Source of the DNA: Squalus acanthias
Taxonomy: Eukaryota
Assembly: GCA_030390025.1 (NCBI GenBank)
Contig: CM059433.1
Span: 62,620,001 to 62,684,000 of the forward strand
Direction: 5' to 3'
Length of the DNA stretch: 64,000 bases
Within the stretch, counting starts at the first letter, position 1. Every line of letters begins with the position of its first letter. The position numbers and the translations under genes are program-made. The notes under the pieces were generated by a model, which saw only the letters and a list, made by a program, of their open reading frames with translations, did not search any database and was not told the origin of the DNA. Shown piece after piece: positions 39,131 to 51,043 of this stretch.

Positions 39131-39194
39131 GCTAAAAAAAACTCCATTATCTGAAAGAAAGCTAACTTTTGGGAAAAAATCTAATGAACTGCAA

Positions 39195-39415
39195 GTGTCC
39201 TGGCCAATATTTATCCCTCAACCAACATAACAAAAACAGATTATCTGGTCATTATCACATTGCTGTTTGTGGGACCTTGCTGTGCGCAAATTGGCTGCTG
39301 CGTTTCCCACATTACAACAGTGACTCCACTTCAAAAGTACTTCATTGGCTGTAAAGCGCTTTGAGATGTCTGGTGGTCGTGAAAGGCGCTATATAAATGC
39401 AAGTCTTTCTTTCTT
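39195..39415 (+). mobile_element. 5'-truncated DeuSINE (SacSINE1-like)
   Basis: Matches the 3' half of 33000-33436 and 63293-63710; tail ataaatgcaagtctttctttc. Confidence 0.82.
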
Positions 39416-40653
39416 TATTGATGTTACTGGTTCATTTGTGTGTGTGTGAAAGTGCATTTGTATAATTTTCAGTTCATCGAATAAAAGTAATTGCATGAGG
39501 CCAAGGACAGAAAATTCATTTAGCATAAAATCCAATTTTTAAAAAAATTATAAAATAATTTCAGTCTGGAAGAATGTCACAACGTCCAACAGACTGGTTC
39601 TTAGCATGCCTGTTTTCAACAAAACATCCAGGGGTGATACCATAAAGTAGTCTCCACAGACATCTGGCTGTCTGCATGTACTGTAACCACTTTTTTTAAG
39701 TTGGTAACTTAAAAAAATAGAATTTCCTTGGACAAGTGGTGGATAGATCTGAACACATCCCAAGCCTCAGCATTATTTTTTCTACCTGACAACCTCTATC
39801 TTAGATTTTTACTTATCAAACCAAAACGTCAACAAAAGAGTACCAATTCTAATCTTAATACCAAATAGAAGTACCTGGTAATACTCACAATAAATACCAT
39901 GAGAAGTACAGTTATTAGGCTGTGAGCTATTTTAAAACAGCAGATGAGCCTTGTTTATTGAGGTAATAATGAAAATACACATCTATCAAGGGTTTTAACA
40001 TGCCAATCATCGTTTTGTGCAAGATACAAGGTTGAAAGCCAAGACAGATATACAAATGCCCCGTGTTCATTATTGCAATACGACCGAGTTTAAATTATAT
40101 AAACTGACTTTGAATATTGACTATAAGCTCCACCAGCTTTTATCAAAATATTTACACAGCAGTGTGTGTAAAATCAAGTTTACAAACAAAACTAAACGGT
40201 CTCAATCAGTATAAGGCTTTGCAGCACCATGATAATCCATCACTCTGCTGACATTAATGTACAGTACATACCGCATGCAAAATACAAATTAGAATTGAGT
40301 CTAGCACAAAAACGAAGAATTAAGTCAGTAAATGTTTACTTGTTGACAGGAAAAAATCTCAAAATTTTAGTCCTCACAAAAGGGACTGAATCACATTTTA
40401 AGTTTTAATCGTCACTGCAAACTGACCCACTGCTGCCAGGGACACATAATAGCATCCCAGGATTCTATGGAGATTTACTTGAAAAGTATCTGCTTTATAG
40501 ATTCGAGCATCCAACCAAAAATAACAGAACTTTAAGACATAACAAAATGATCGTCATAGAATCTTACAGCGTAGGAGGCCATTCAGCCCATCGTGCCTGT
40601 GTTGGCTCTTTGAATGAGCTATCTAATTATTCCCACTTCCCTGCTCTTTTCCC

Positions 40654-42927
40654 ATGGCCCTACAATTTTTCCTGTGCAATGAGAAGGGACTAATTAGTAA
40701 TCTTGTTGTACGGGGACCCTTGGGTCAGAGCGATCATAACATGATCGATTTCTCACTCGAAATGGAGAGCGAAGAAATTGACTCAGAGACTAAGGTCCTG
40801 AATTTAAACAAGGGGAATTATGATGCCATTAGACGGGAACTGAGTAGGTCTGATTGGACAACGTTCCTGGGAGGACTGGAGGTAGATAAACAATGGCAAG
40901 CATTTAAAGATAGAATGATAAAATTGCAAAATTTGTTTATACCAATCTGGCATAAAAGGAAATCTAAAAAGGTGACTCAACCGTGGATAACAGGGGAAAT
41001 TAGAGAAAGCATAAAATCCAAAGATAGGGCGTATAAAATAGCCAAAAAAAGCGCCAGAGCGGAAGATTGGGAACAGTTTAAGATAGAGCAAAGGAAGACA
41101 AAGGGCTTAATCAAGAGGGGCAAAATAGCTTACGAAAGCAAGCTGGCGGAAAATATAAAAACTAACTCCAAAAGCTTTTATAAGTATATCAAGAGGAAAA
41201 GACTGGTGAAAACCAAAGTTGGTCCATTGCAGTCAGATACGGGGGAATATATAATGGGAAATAAGGAAATGGCAGACCAACTAAATGCATACTTTGGGTC
41301 AGTCTTTACGAAGGAAGACACAAAAAACCTCCCTGGGATATCGGGAAAAATAGGGACATTGGCAAAGGAGGAACTGATGCAAATCAATATCTCTAAGGAT
41401 ATGGTGTTAAGGAAGCTAAAGGGATTGAAGGCGGACAAATCCCCAGGGCCTGATAACATGCATCCTAGGGTACTGAAGGAGGTGGCACTAGAGATAGCGG
41501 ATGCACTAAGTATGATTTTTCAGAATTCATTAGACTCGGGAACGGTGCCCATGGATTGGAGGGTAGCTAACGTTACCCCACTATTCAAAAAGGGGGGTAG
41601 GGAAAAAGCAGGTAATTACAGACCTGTAAGCCTTACATCAGTTGTGGGCAAAATGCTGGAGTCCATCATTAAGGATGAAATAGCGGAGCACTTAGCAAAT
41701 GGGGACAGGATAGGACAGAGTCAACATGGATTTACAAAGGGTAAATCGTGCTTGACTAACCTATTGGAATTTTTTGAGGGAGTAACTGGTAAAATAGATG
41801 AGGGAGAGTCAGTGGATGTGGTGTACCTGGACTTCCAAAAGGCCTTCGATAAGGTCCCACATAAAAGATTAGCATGGAAAATTGAAGCTCATGGGATAAA
41901 GGGGCAAGTATTGACGTGGATAGAGAACTGGCTGTCAGATAGAAAACAGAGAGTTGGAATAAACGGCTCATTTTCTGAATGGCAGGCAGTAACAAGCGGG
42001 GTACCACAGGGATCTGTCCTGGGTCCCCAGCTGTTCACAATTTACATTAATGACCTGGATCAGGGAGTCGGATGCAGCATTTCCAAATTTGCAGACGACA
42101 CCAAACTAGGAGGGGGGGTGGGCTCAGAGGAGGAGATCAGGAAGCTCCAGAGCGATTTGGACAGACTGGGTGTTTGGGCGGATAAATGGCAGATGCACTA
42201 TAATGTGGACAAGTGCGAAGTTATCCACCTTGGGTGCAGGAACGGGAGGGCAAATTATTATTTAAATGGCAATAAATTGGGAGAGGGGGAAGTACAGAGA
42301 GACCTGGGTGTTCTTGTACACCAGTCACTGAAGGCGAGCATGCAGGTGCAACAGGCGGTCAAGAAGGCAAACGGTATGCTGGCCTTCATAGCAAAAGGGT
42401 TGGAATACAGGAACAGGGATACCTTGCTGCAGCTGTACAGGGCACTGGTGAGACCACACCTCGAGTACTGTGTACAGTTTTGGTCGCCTCATCTGAGGAA
42501 AGATGTTCTTGCCATGGAGGGGGTGCAGCGGCGATTCACCAGGCTGATACCAGGAATGGCGGGATTGACCTATGAGGAGAGACTATGTAGTTTAGGGATG
42601 TACACACTGGAGTTTAGAAGATTGAGAGGGGACCTCATAGAAGTGTATAAAATTCTGACAGGTCTAGACAGACTAGATGCAGAAGGAATGTTTCCCTTGG
42701 CGGGTGAGAACAGAACTAGAGGACATAATTTAAGGATAAGGGCTAAACCATTTAGGACAGAAATGAGGGGAAATTTCTTCACTCAGAGAGTGGTGAACCT
42801 GTGGAACTCATTGCCACAGAGGGCAGTGTACGCCAGCTCATTAAATATATTTAAGAGGGAATTAGATATATTTCTACAGGCAAAAGGGGTTAAGGGTTAC
42901 GGAGAGAAGGCGGGGACGGGATACTGA
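40654..42927 (+). CDS. CR1 ORF2 fragment (C-terminal APE endonuclease motif plus complete reverse transcriptase); the first ~6 codons come from the flank
   Basis: 757-aa ORF: LGQSDHNMI, KSPGPDNMHPRVLKE, NYRPVSLTSVVGKMLE, YLDFQKAFDKVPH, GVPQGSVLGP, KFADDTK, LVRPHLEYC. Confidence 0.9.
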   Translation: MALQFFLCNEKGLISNLVVRGPLGQSDHNMIDFSLEMESEEIDSETKVLNLNKGNYDAIRRELSRSDWTTFLGGLEVDKQWQAFKDRMIKLQNLFIPIWHKRKSKKVTQPWITGEIRESIKSKDRAYKIAKKSARAEDWEQFKIEQRKTKGLIKRGKIAYESKLAENIKTNSKSFYKYIKRKRLVKTKVGPLQSDTGEYIMGNKEMADQLNAYFGSVFTKEDTKNLPGISGKIGTLAKEELMQINISKDMVLRKLKGLKADKSPGPDNMHPRVLKEVALEIADALSMIFQNSLDSGTVPMDWRVANVTPLFKKGGREKAGNYRPVSLTSVVGKMLESIIKDEIAEHLANGDRIGQSQHGFTKGKSCLTNLLEFFEGVTGKIDEGESVDVVYLDFQKAFDKVPHKRLAWKIEAHGIKGQVLTWIENWLSDRKQRVGINGSFSEWQAVTSGVPQGSVLGPQLFTIYINDLDQGVGCSISKFADDTKLGGGVGSEEEIRKLQSDLDRLGVWADKWQMHYNVDKCEVIHLGCRNGRANYYLNGNKLGEGEVQRDLGVLVHQSLKASMQVQQAVKKANGMLAFIAKGLEYRNRDTLLQLYRALVRPHLEYCVQFWSPHLRKDVLAMEGVQRRFTRLIPGMAGLTYEERLCSLGMYTLEFRRLRGDLIEVYKILTGLDRLDAEGMFPLAGENRTRGHNLRIRAKPFRTEMRGNFFTQRVVNLWNSLPQRAVYASSLNIFKRELDIFLQAKGVKGYGEKAGTGY

Positions 42928-43025
42928 ATTGGAGGATCAGCCATGATCACATTAAATGGCGGAGCAGGCTCGAAGGGCCGGATGGCCTACTCCTGCTCCT
43001 ATCTTCTATGTATCTATGTATCTAT
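40672..43025 (+). mobile_element. Young 5'-truncated CR1 (HER1-like) LINE with uninterrupted ORF2
   Basis: No stop or frameshift over ~2.25 kb; complete 3' UTR and (tatctatg)n tail. Confidence 0.95.
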
Positions 43026-43050
43026 ATATCCAATTCCCTTTTGAAAGTTA

Positions 43051-45481
43051 AATAAGGGCAATTATGAGGGCATGAAAGCAGAGCTAGCTAAAGTGAACTG
43101 GCAAATTAGGTTAAGGGATAGGTCAATAGAGTTGCAGTGGCAGACATTTAAGGGGATATTTCAAAATACACAAAATATATATATTCCAATAAGAAAGAAA
43201 AATTCCAAGGGGAGGACCCACCATCCGTGGTTAACTAAAAAAGTTAAAGATAGTATTAAACTTAAAGAAAAAGCATATAATTGCGCAAAGATAGGTGGCA
43301 GGTCAGAAGATTGGACAGAATATAAAAAACAGCAAAGAATGACTAAAAGATTAATAAGGAGAGAAAAATTAGAGTACGAGAGAAATCTAGCTAGAAATAT
43401 AAATGTGAGAAGTCGCACAATACCAGGTTATAGTCCAACAGCTTTATTTGAAATCACACGCTTTCGGAGCGCTGCTCCTTCGTCACCTGACGAAGGAGCA
43501 GCGCTCCAAAAGCTTGTGATTTCAAATAAAGCTGTTGGACTATAACCTGGTGTTGTGCGACTTCTCACATTTGTCCACCCCAGTCCAACACCGGCATCTC
43601 CACATCATAGAAATATAAAAACAGATAGTAAGAGTTTCTATAGATATTTTAAAAAGAAAAGAGTTAACAAAGTGAGCGTTGGTCCTATAAAAACTGAGTC
43701 TGGGGAATTAATAATGGAAAATAAGGAGATGGCAGTTGAATTGAACAGGTATTTTGCATCGGTTTTCACTATAGGAGATACAAGTAACATCCCAGAAATA
43801 GCTGTAAATCAGGAAATGGAAGGGAGGGAGGAACTCAAGAAAATTATAATCACCAGGGAAGTGGTACTGAGCAAATTGTTGGAGCTGCGGGCTGACAAGT
43901 CCCCGGGTCCTGATGGACTTCATTCTCGGGTCTTAAAAGAAGTGGCTAGTGAGATAGTTGATGCGTTGGTTTTAATTTTCCAAAATTCCCTAGATTCGGG
44001 GAAGGTTCCATTAGATTGGAAAATAGCAAATGTAACTCCTTTATTCAGAAAGGGAGGGAGGGAGACAGAAAGCAGGAAACTACAGGCCAGTTAGCTTAAC
44101 ATCAATCATAGGGAACATGTTAGAAGCTATTATTAAAGACGTTATAGTAGGGCATTTAGAAAAGTTCAAAGTAATCAGGCAGAGTCAACATGGTTTTGTG
44201 CAAGGGAAATCATGTTTAACCAATTTATTGCAGTTCTTTGAGGAAGTAACATGTGCTGTGGATTAAGGGGAACCGGTGGATGTACTGTACTTGGATTTCC
44301 AGAAGGCATTTGATAAGGTGCCACATCAAAGGTTATTGCGGAAAATAAAAGCTCATGGTGTAGGGGGTAACATATTGGCATGGATAGAAGATTGGCTAGC
44401 TAACAAGAAACAGAGAGTAGGCATAAATGGGTCATTTTCTGATTGGCAAGATGTAATGAGTGGTGTGCCACAGGGATCAGTGCTGGGGCCTCAACTTTTT
44501 ACAATTTATATAAATGACTTGGATGAAGGGACCGAAGGTATGGTTGCTAAATTTGCTGATAACACAAAGATAGGTAGGAAAGTAAATTGTGAAGAGGACA
44601 TAAGGAGGCTACAAAGGGATATAGATAAGTTAAGTGAGTGGGCAAAGATCTGGCAAATGGAGTATAATGTGGGAAAATGTGAAGTTGTCCATTTTGGCAG
44701 GAAGAATAAAAAAGCATATTATCTAAATGGTGAGAGATTGCAGAGCTCTGAGATGCAGAGGGATCTGGGTGTCCTAGTGCATGAATCGCAAAAGATTACT
44801 ATGTAGGTACAGCAAGTAATTAGGAAAGCTAATAGAATGTTATTGTTTATTGCGAGGGGAGTTGAATACAAAAGTAGGGAAGTTATGCTTCAGTTATACA
44901 GGGCATTGGTGAGACCACATCTGGAGTACGGTGTACAGTATTGGTCTCCTTATTTAAGGAAGGATGTAAATGCGTTGGAAGCAGTTCAGAGAAGGTTTAC
45001 TAGACTAATACCTGGAATGGGCGGGTTGTCTTATGAGGAAAGTTTGGACAGGCTAGGCTTGTATCCGCTGGAGTTCAGAAGAATAAAAGGTGACTTGATT
45101 GAAACATATAAGATCCTGAGGGGTCTGGACAGGGTGGATGTGGAGAGGATGTTTCCTCTTGTGGAAGAATCTAGAACTAGGGGTCACTGTTTAAAAATAA
45201 GGGGTCGCCCATTTAAGACAGAGATGAGAAGAAATTTTTTCTCAGAGGGTCGTGAGTCTTTGGAACTCTCTTCCTCAGAGGGCGGTGGAAGCAGAGTCTT
45301 TGAATATTTTTAAGGCAGAGGTAGATAGATTCTTGGTAAGCAAGGGGGTGAAAAGTTATCGGGGGTAGGCGGGAATGTGGAGTAATCGGATCAGCCATGA
45401 TCTTATTGAATGGCGGAGCAGGCTCGAAGGGCCGAGTGGCCTACTCCTGCTCCTAATTCGTAAGTTTGTATGTATGTTCGT
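43051..45481 (+). mobile_element. 5'-truncated CR1 LINE (different subfamily, several stops) containing a Penelope-derived fold-back insert
   Basis: LNKGNYEGMKAEL, KSPGPDGLH, YLDFQKAFDKVPH, KFADNTK; 3' tail tcgtaagtttgtatgtatgttcgta. Confidence 0.92.
43404..43607. mobile_element. Penelope-type fold-back insertion with hammerhead-like motifs and 12-bp TSD
   Basis: TSD tagaaatataaa (43392-43403 / 43608-43619); 85-bp inverted arms 43401-43485 / 43488-43572; ctgacga-aggagcagcgctcc-(g/a)aaa-gct core. Confidence 0.88.
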
Positions 45482-46424
45482 ATTGAACCTGCTTCCACCA
45501 CCCTTTCAAGCAGTGCATTCCAGATCATAACAATTTGCTGCATTAAAAAAAAGTTTCCTCATCTCCCCTCTGGTTCTTTTGCCAATTTTCTTAAATCTGA
45601 GTCCTCTGGTTAACGACCCTCCTGCCAATGGAAACACTTTCCCTTTATTTACTCTATCAAAACCCTTCATAATTTTGAACACCTCTACTAAATCTGCCGT
45701 TAACCTTCTCTGCTCTAACCATAACAATCCAAGCTTCTCCAGTCTCTCCACAAAACTGAAGTCCCTCATTCCTAGTACCATTCTAGTAAATGTCCTCTGA
45801 ACCCTCCCAAAGGCCTTGACAATGCTAGAAATTGTGAACAAACTGGTTCCCACTAGATCTGAAGTGATTCACTGACAATTTATGGTCTACAGAATTACTG
45901 TGGTCATAGAAGCTACAAATACTTGCATTTATTAAGTGCCTTAATCATGCAAAATGTCTCAAAAGACTTCACACAATACACTACTTTTATGTCATTCTGA
46001 ACCCACATTGAGATGAATGACCAGTTCATCAGTTTTACAATTCAACATCAGTTATACACGCAGCTCTCAGTAGGGACAAGAAGAACGAATGTGGTCTTTG
46101 GAGAAGTAAACACAAACATTACAACTGCAATGCAGAGTAATAGATTGAGTCACAGATCAAACACAGCAAAGTAACTACAGGCTTATTTCTGTTTGCATCC
46201 TTAGTCAAGACTCACGGTCAGGTTCAGTTTGTGTGCAACTGAATACAACTACTCCTGCCAGAAACTCAATGTGTTTCTTAGAGTATTGCTGTTCTTCCCT
46301 AAAGTGTTGTTCATCACTTCTATCAGCTTCAGGAAGCAATTCCTAGGTGCATTTAAAAAAAAAAAAATTTTAATTTTCATTTGTTGGTTGCATTATTTAG
46401 ATATGATGAAAGTTCAACACTACT

Positions 46425-46750
46425 GAACCTGGAAGGTGGGAGGTTTGACTCTGGTCTGTGTCAAGTTAGCTGATCTCATCTGAGGTGGCAACTAGATGAC
46501 ATAATTGGTGTCAGTGCCCCTGATTTACAAAGGAGAAAATCAACCAAAATTCTCATTCCTGATCACCAGCTGGAAATGTGTGTGTACAAATGTCAGATGA
46601 AGGTAAGTTTGGACTTGGCTGCGATGTTCCCCACCCATCCCATGGTTTAATAGCCTACTGACACTGTTTAGGCTCACACACAAATGATGGCCACTTGGGC
46701 AGGGTACTGGTCAGTGACAAGCACCTGTGGAATTGTATCCCAGCAAGGAG
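46425..46750 (+). repeat. Old SINE-like interspersed repeat (second copy ~50340-50590, reverse fragment ~10170-10230)
   Basis: Shared blocks gctggaaa.tg, atggtt.aatag.ct.ctga, cacaca.atga and a B-box-like ggtttgactc at the 5' end; family not named. Confidence 0.5.
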
Positions 46751-48037
46751 AGGAAAGCAAAGAAGAAAATTGGTAATGAAAAAAAAGCACTGCAATCTTC
46801 CCATGTTTTCAAAACCCATTCATATCACAATAATCTGTAAAAAATCATCCAAATTAGTCAGTGCACAATGCCATAATAAGCTACACCAAAATGTTCTGAT
46901 TGCATTTTTAACTAAAAAGCATTTCAATTTATTTAAGCCACAGTAACTGATTCAGAATCTGCACCAATACATATCAAGTAATATACAGATTTGTCTACTT
47001 TGATGTAACTCCACTATTATGTTCTAATATGGCAATTTACTGCAATTAAATAAGATTGTGAACTATCATATAGCATTCTGTATTGTATTGATTGATACTT
47101 TCCAAACCTGATAGTAATGCTAAAAAGAAAATTTAGTTAATTCTTATACCAATTCCCGTGGCAGCTTTCAAAATTCAATAGTCACAAAATTAACGTCTGT
47201 AGATCACTAATGGTGGTTATTATTAAACAATCTTTGAAAACTCCTCAACACCCAGCACGGTTACACAATAAACATCGATATGTCACGACTTCACCTGCAG
47301 TGATACTGTGGGAAAAATGGTACCTAGCTATTCAGCTGTTCTCGCGCAAACCACATGACAGAGCTCCCTCTTCATCATTACAATCACAAGTATATCGTAA
47401 CTCAGTCATTTGTTACTAAACTACATTCAGCTTTTTTTTTGGTTCTGACTCAGTTTTGAAACACCAAGATATTAACAAATTGAATAGCAAGGTTTACAAA
47501 AAGATGATCCTAATGGAGGAGCGGGGGCGGGGTGGCATATAAATTAACAGCACAAATATATACAAAAATGCTACCATAGTGAAGAAAAGGGTTAAATTTA
47601 ACTGGCTGAATCTTGAGCGAAAGCAATCTGCAATGGCCGCTAATTGTACCACAGGGCATAATGCTACAGTGTGCACTGTTATTTGGGCTGTAAATAGGAC
47701 AAAATGTGCAATCTGAGGAACATAATTATTTACTTAGTAACAAAAAATGATTGTTTACAAGAATGAATATGATTGGTCCCAATACATTTTATTGAAAGGA
47801 AAGGCAAATAAATCAATCACACAGGAGGTCCAAAGTAACTTCGGAATCTGAATTGCTCTGAATTGGACCAATTTAAATTTCAGAATTTACCCAGTTTGAA
47901 TCTATTTGGCCTGTGGACCCACCTCTACCGGTTCTGTGGAGTACAAACACAGCTAAAGTGGTTATTCCTTGGATTGCTACAGAATTTGAATTAAGGTCCA
48001 GATTCCAGGGCAAATATTATGTTAATAACCCTTATAA

Positions 48038-48175
48038 GGGTGTGGGAGTACCTTCACCACACAGACTGCAGCGGTTCAAGGCGGCGGCTCACCACCACCT
48101 TCTCAAGGGCAACTAGGGATGGGCAATAAATGCTGACCTTGCCAGCGACACCCACATCCCATGAATAAATAAAAA
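48038..48175 (+). mobile_element. 3' tail fragment of the 26337-29362 LINE family
   Basis: tgtgggagtaccttcaccacac..gggcaataaatgctgaccttgccagcgac..aataaataaaaa. Confidence 0.88.
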
Positions 48176-48497
48176 GGATTATCTGGCCATAGGAATTGTG
48201 CACTGTATCATATATCCTACCTTTAAATGCAGTTTTATGGTTCTTGCACAAAGTACTCTTTAAAAGCACATAAATGCAAAAGATTACAGACCACAATGAA
48301 AACTACTCTGTAGACATGTGACAGGTCTCCATTTTATAGCAAAGGCCAAGTAAAATGGAAAATTCTGAACTTGCATTATTACCATCCCCATCACCACGAG
48401 AGAGAGATACTGTATCAGTCCACAAAAGGTTAAATTGAATTGATTACACTTTCAAATTATATAGAGCGACATATCAATCCTTTAAAACTTTACTTAC

Positions 48498-48900
48498 CAA
48501 CCTGTGGGAAAGTGCTGCTGACAATACCAAGCTTTCCAAATGTGTAGCATTACACCAGCAGCACACTGCGTCCTCAAAGCTCTTCTGTATTTCCGAGCGT
48601 TTTAGTGTTGCTGCTGGCAGCTTTCCAGGCGCCTGTTGTTTTTCTGGGTTTTTTTGAATCTCCAGGAGAAAAAAAGCACTAAAAGCAAAACCTGGTGTCC
48701 TTCAAACATCTCATCTTCCTCACAGCTAGTCAACTGATAGAAACAAGACGGTTTAGGCTGCATTGTTTGAGGAAAAGATCGCACAGCGGGTCCTCCAAAT
48801 CCAGCTTCCAATTGTTGAGTAGTCACTAAAACAAACTTCTGTCTCAAATTACAGATACAAGTTACTGAAGCAGCCTTGATACTACAGCACAGAAAGCTAT
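48498..48900 (-). other. Candidate alternative first exon / 5' UTR of a minus-strand host gene
   Basis: Unique sequence with some CpG, ending in tandem donors CAG|gttggt (48502) and TTG|gtaagt (48498); ATG at 48550 gives MLHIWKAWYCQQHFPT; 5' boundary unknown. Confidence 0.3.
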
Positions 48901-49438
48901 CGGCCACAAACTTAGAAATACTCAACTTTAAAAGGCTGCATTTGAAAAGAATTTTGCAGCTGCGATTAGGGGAAATTACAATTCAACTTGCGTGTGGTTC
49001 AAGCATCTTTTTCCAGATGTTTAACCCACTATTGTTCAGTGGAGCAGAACAAGCTCTGAACATAGTAAACAACCCCATATATGTAAATGTTGACTTGTTT
49101 TGTCACTATGTTCTTATTAAGGAGACAGTCTCTGTTGTTAAGGGATTGTGCAACGATTCACTTAGACTTTTAAACTAATTTCTGGTTGATTTTCAAAGCA
49201 AAGTGTACAAGTGCTCATGACCTGGTAGTCCAATACACTAGTTGTACAGACACACCATGGCAATGGTAGGACATGGGTATCTGCCCTCAATTCCCCATAC
49301 TTTAGGTTGATAATATAAGTCAAGCAGAGACCAGGAACTTCCCAGAAAGAGAGGAGGAAAATACATCTTTAAAAATCAGACAATTGAATCGCCTAGCAGC
49401 CAGCTACTATTGCACTGCTAAACATGTGGAAACACATA

Positions 49439-50321
49439 GGGAGAAAAATTCAGTTAATTTGCACCTCCCGTTAACGCCCTAAGAGGAAATTCAGCGGGAG
49501 GTTAGCGGCGGCATTAAGGAGGCTGCACAGCATTTTGGTGGATAGCGTTTGACCAAATGCCCTCTCCTAACAGCGACCAGCTGATTGGGAGTAAACAAGT
49601 CGTTGCTGAGGATTTTGAGCGCTACTTAAAGGTATATCACCTCTAACTGATCACTTGCTGCTGGAGGTTTGACAAGGACTTTTGAAACACATCAGGAGAC
49701 TTTCTGGGACACTTTGTCAAGACTTCAACAACACTTATCAACATTTATTCTGGAAATTCTCTAAGGATTTCACATAAAAAGAGTGAGTGCTGTGCTAATC
49801 TACCTTATAAGAGTCAACAGGAGAAAGGGAGTACATGGGCATCTTGCTAGGGGTCCCCCTTGGTCTGCAGGAGGAATGGGAGCAGGACATGAGGTGAGGC
49901 AGAGCAGCACCAGCTACTGCAGGAGAGGGGGACAGGAGGGGGAGGTGGACTTCTTCCCCCCCCTGCAGATACAGGATATCCCCCCTCCTCTGGACCTCCT
50001 CCACCAGGATCCCGAGTGCCGCATCCAAGAACCTGTGCGTCCTCTCCCTCGGTCCCTGCCGCTGTGCGTCAGCCAGCCCACTCCACACCTACAGTGGAAG
50101 TGGATGTGTCGAGCCCACATATACTGCTCCACAAAAATTCCTTCTAAACAGCGCTTGAGTGCGAAACCTGCAGGTGATTGTTTTAGCACCTCCAGGCAAG
50201 TTCAATTAAGGTAATCAGCAATTAGGACCAAGATTGCGTGCTAAAACCAGACTTTCAAACAGGCGTGTCTTATTGGCACCCATTTAGCACCTGTTTTCAC
50301 CCTTTCACCAAAATAAACCCC
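49439..50321. mobile_element. Internally deleted Harbinger with 5' remnant of the Myb/SANT gene (minus) and a possible transposase start (plus)
   Basis: Left end similar to the 20093 MITE; minus-strand RERTHRFLDAALGILVEEVQRRGDILY resembles the Myb N-terminus at 8111; right end aaaataaacccc. Confidence 0.7.
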
Positions 50322-50597
50322 ATGTACTTTTAAACAGTCAGGATGGTAGTGGGGCAGTGCAATTGTCTTTGAGATTGCTAGATTAAGGAGGGGAAAGGTT
50401 AGTGTTTCTGCTTCTGATTACAATCCAGTGAGCCCCTGCTGGAAAGTGAGTAGGTTTGGATGACAGGTGAAGACAATACGGCTCAACATAAATGGGTTCC
50501 ATGGTTGAATAGTCTGCTGATGCTCTCCTAGAGTTGCACATGAAGAATAGTCAAATAGCCAAAGTGCTGGAGGGCTAACAGTGTCTGTAAAACCAAT

Positions 50598-51043
50598 GGC
50601 CTCTATTTGAACCCCCCTCCCCCCACCCCAATGGGCAGGTAAGGGTCAGGCGAGCAGTTAAAATCCTAAAAGGAAGAGGCTCATGTAAGTTTTAAAACTT
50701 TACCTTTCTTTGAACTTATTGTGGGCCATGAGGAGCAGGAGTGCTCCCCCAAGGTCCCTTAAGAAGTACTTGGGCCTCCCCAGCATCCCCTGATCTTCGG
50801 AGAATCTTTAGCCCCAGCATCGCCACAATTTTTGGTTAAGAGGAAACCCCGGCATTTCCCCCTCTCTATCGCGAAGCCAGGGAATTCCTTCTACCCACTG
50901 ACTCCCCGGGTGCCGGGTGGAATTCTGGAAATATTTATTCAAATGAGTTAAGATCGACGGGGCCTCCACGTCCCCAACCTTGCCGGGTTCGTCGTCTGCT
51001 ACCGGTTTCCCACACACCCCGCCCCCCCATAAAAATCAAGGCC
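50598..51043. mobile_element. Harbinger-type MITE
   Basis: TIR ggcctctattt / aaaatcaaggcc; TSD AAT/AAT; ggagcaggagtgctcc hairpin. Confidence 0.78.

Larger units (their letters stand above)
40555..45825 (-). mobile_element. Short minus-strand CR1 3' fragment split into three pieces (40555-40673, 43026-43050, 45482-45825) by two CR1 insertions
   Basis: Pieces read continuously: ...tacaatttttcc | tatatccaattcccttttgaaagtta | tattgaacctgcttccacc...; reverse-strand EQRRLTADLVEVFKIMKGFDRV. Confidence 0.85.

Noticed and set aside
47519-47545. GC box followed by TATA-like motif
   Set aside because: Isolated short motifs with no CpG island or downstream exon support
50731-50746. ggagcaggagtgctcc hairpin resembling hammerhead stem II (also ~25839, ~63181)
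   Set aside because: No flanking CTGANGA or GAAA; it is a MITE-internal palindrome
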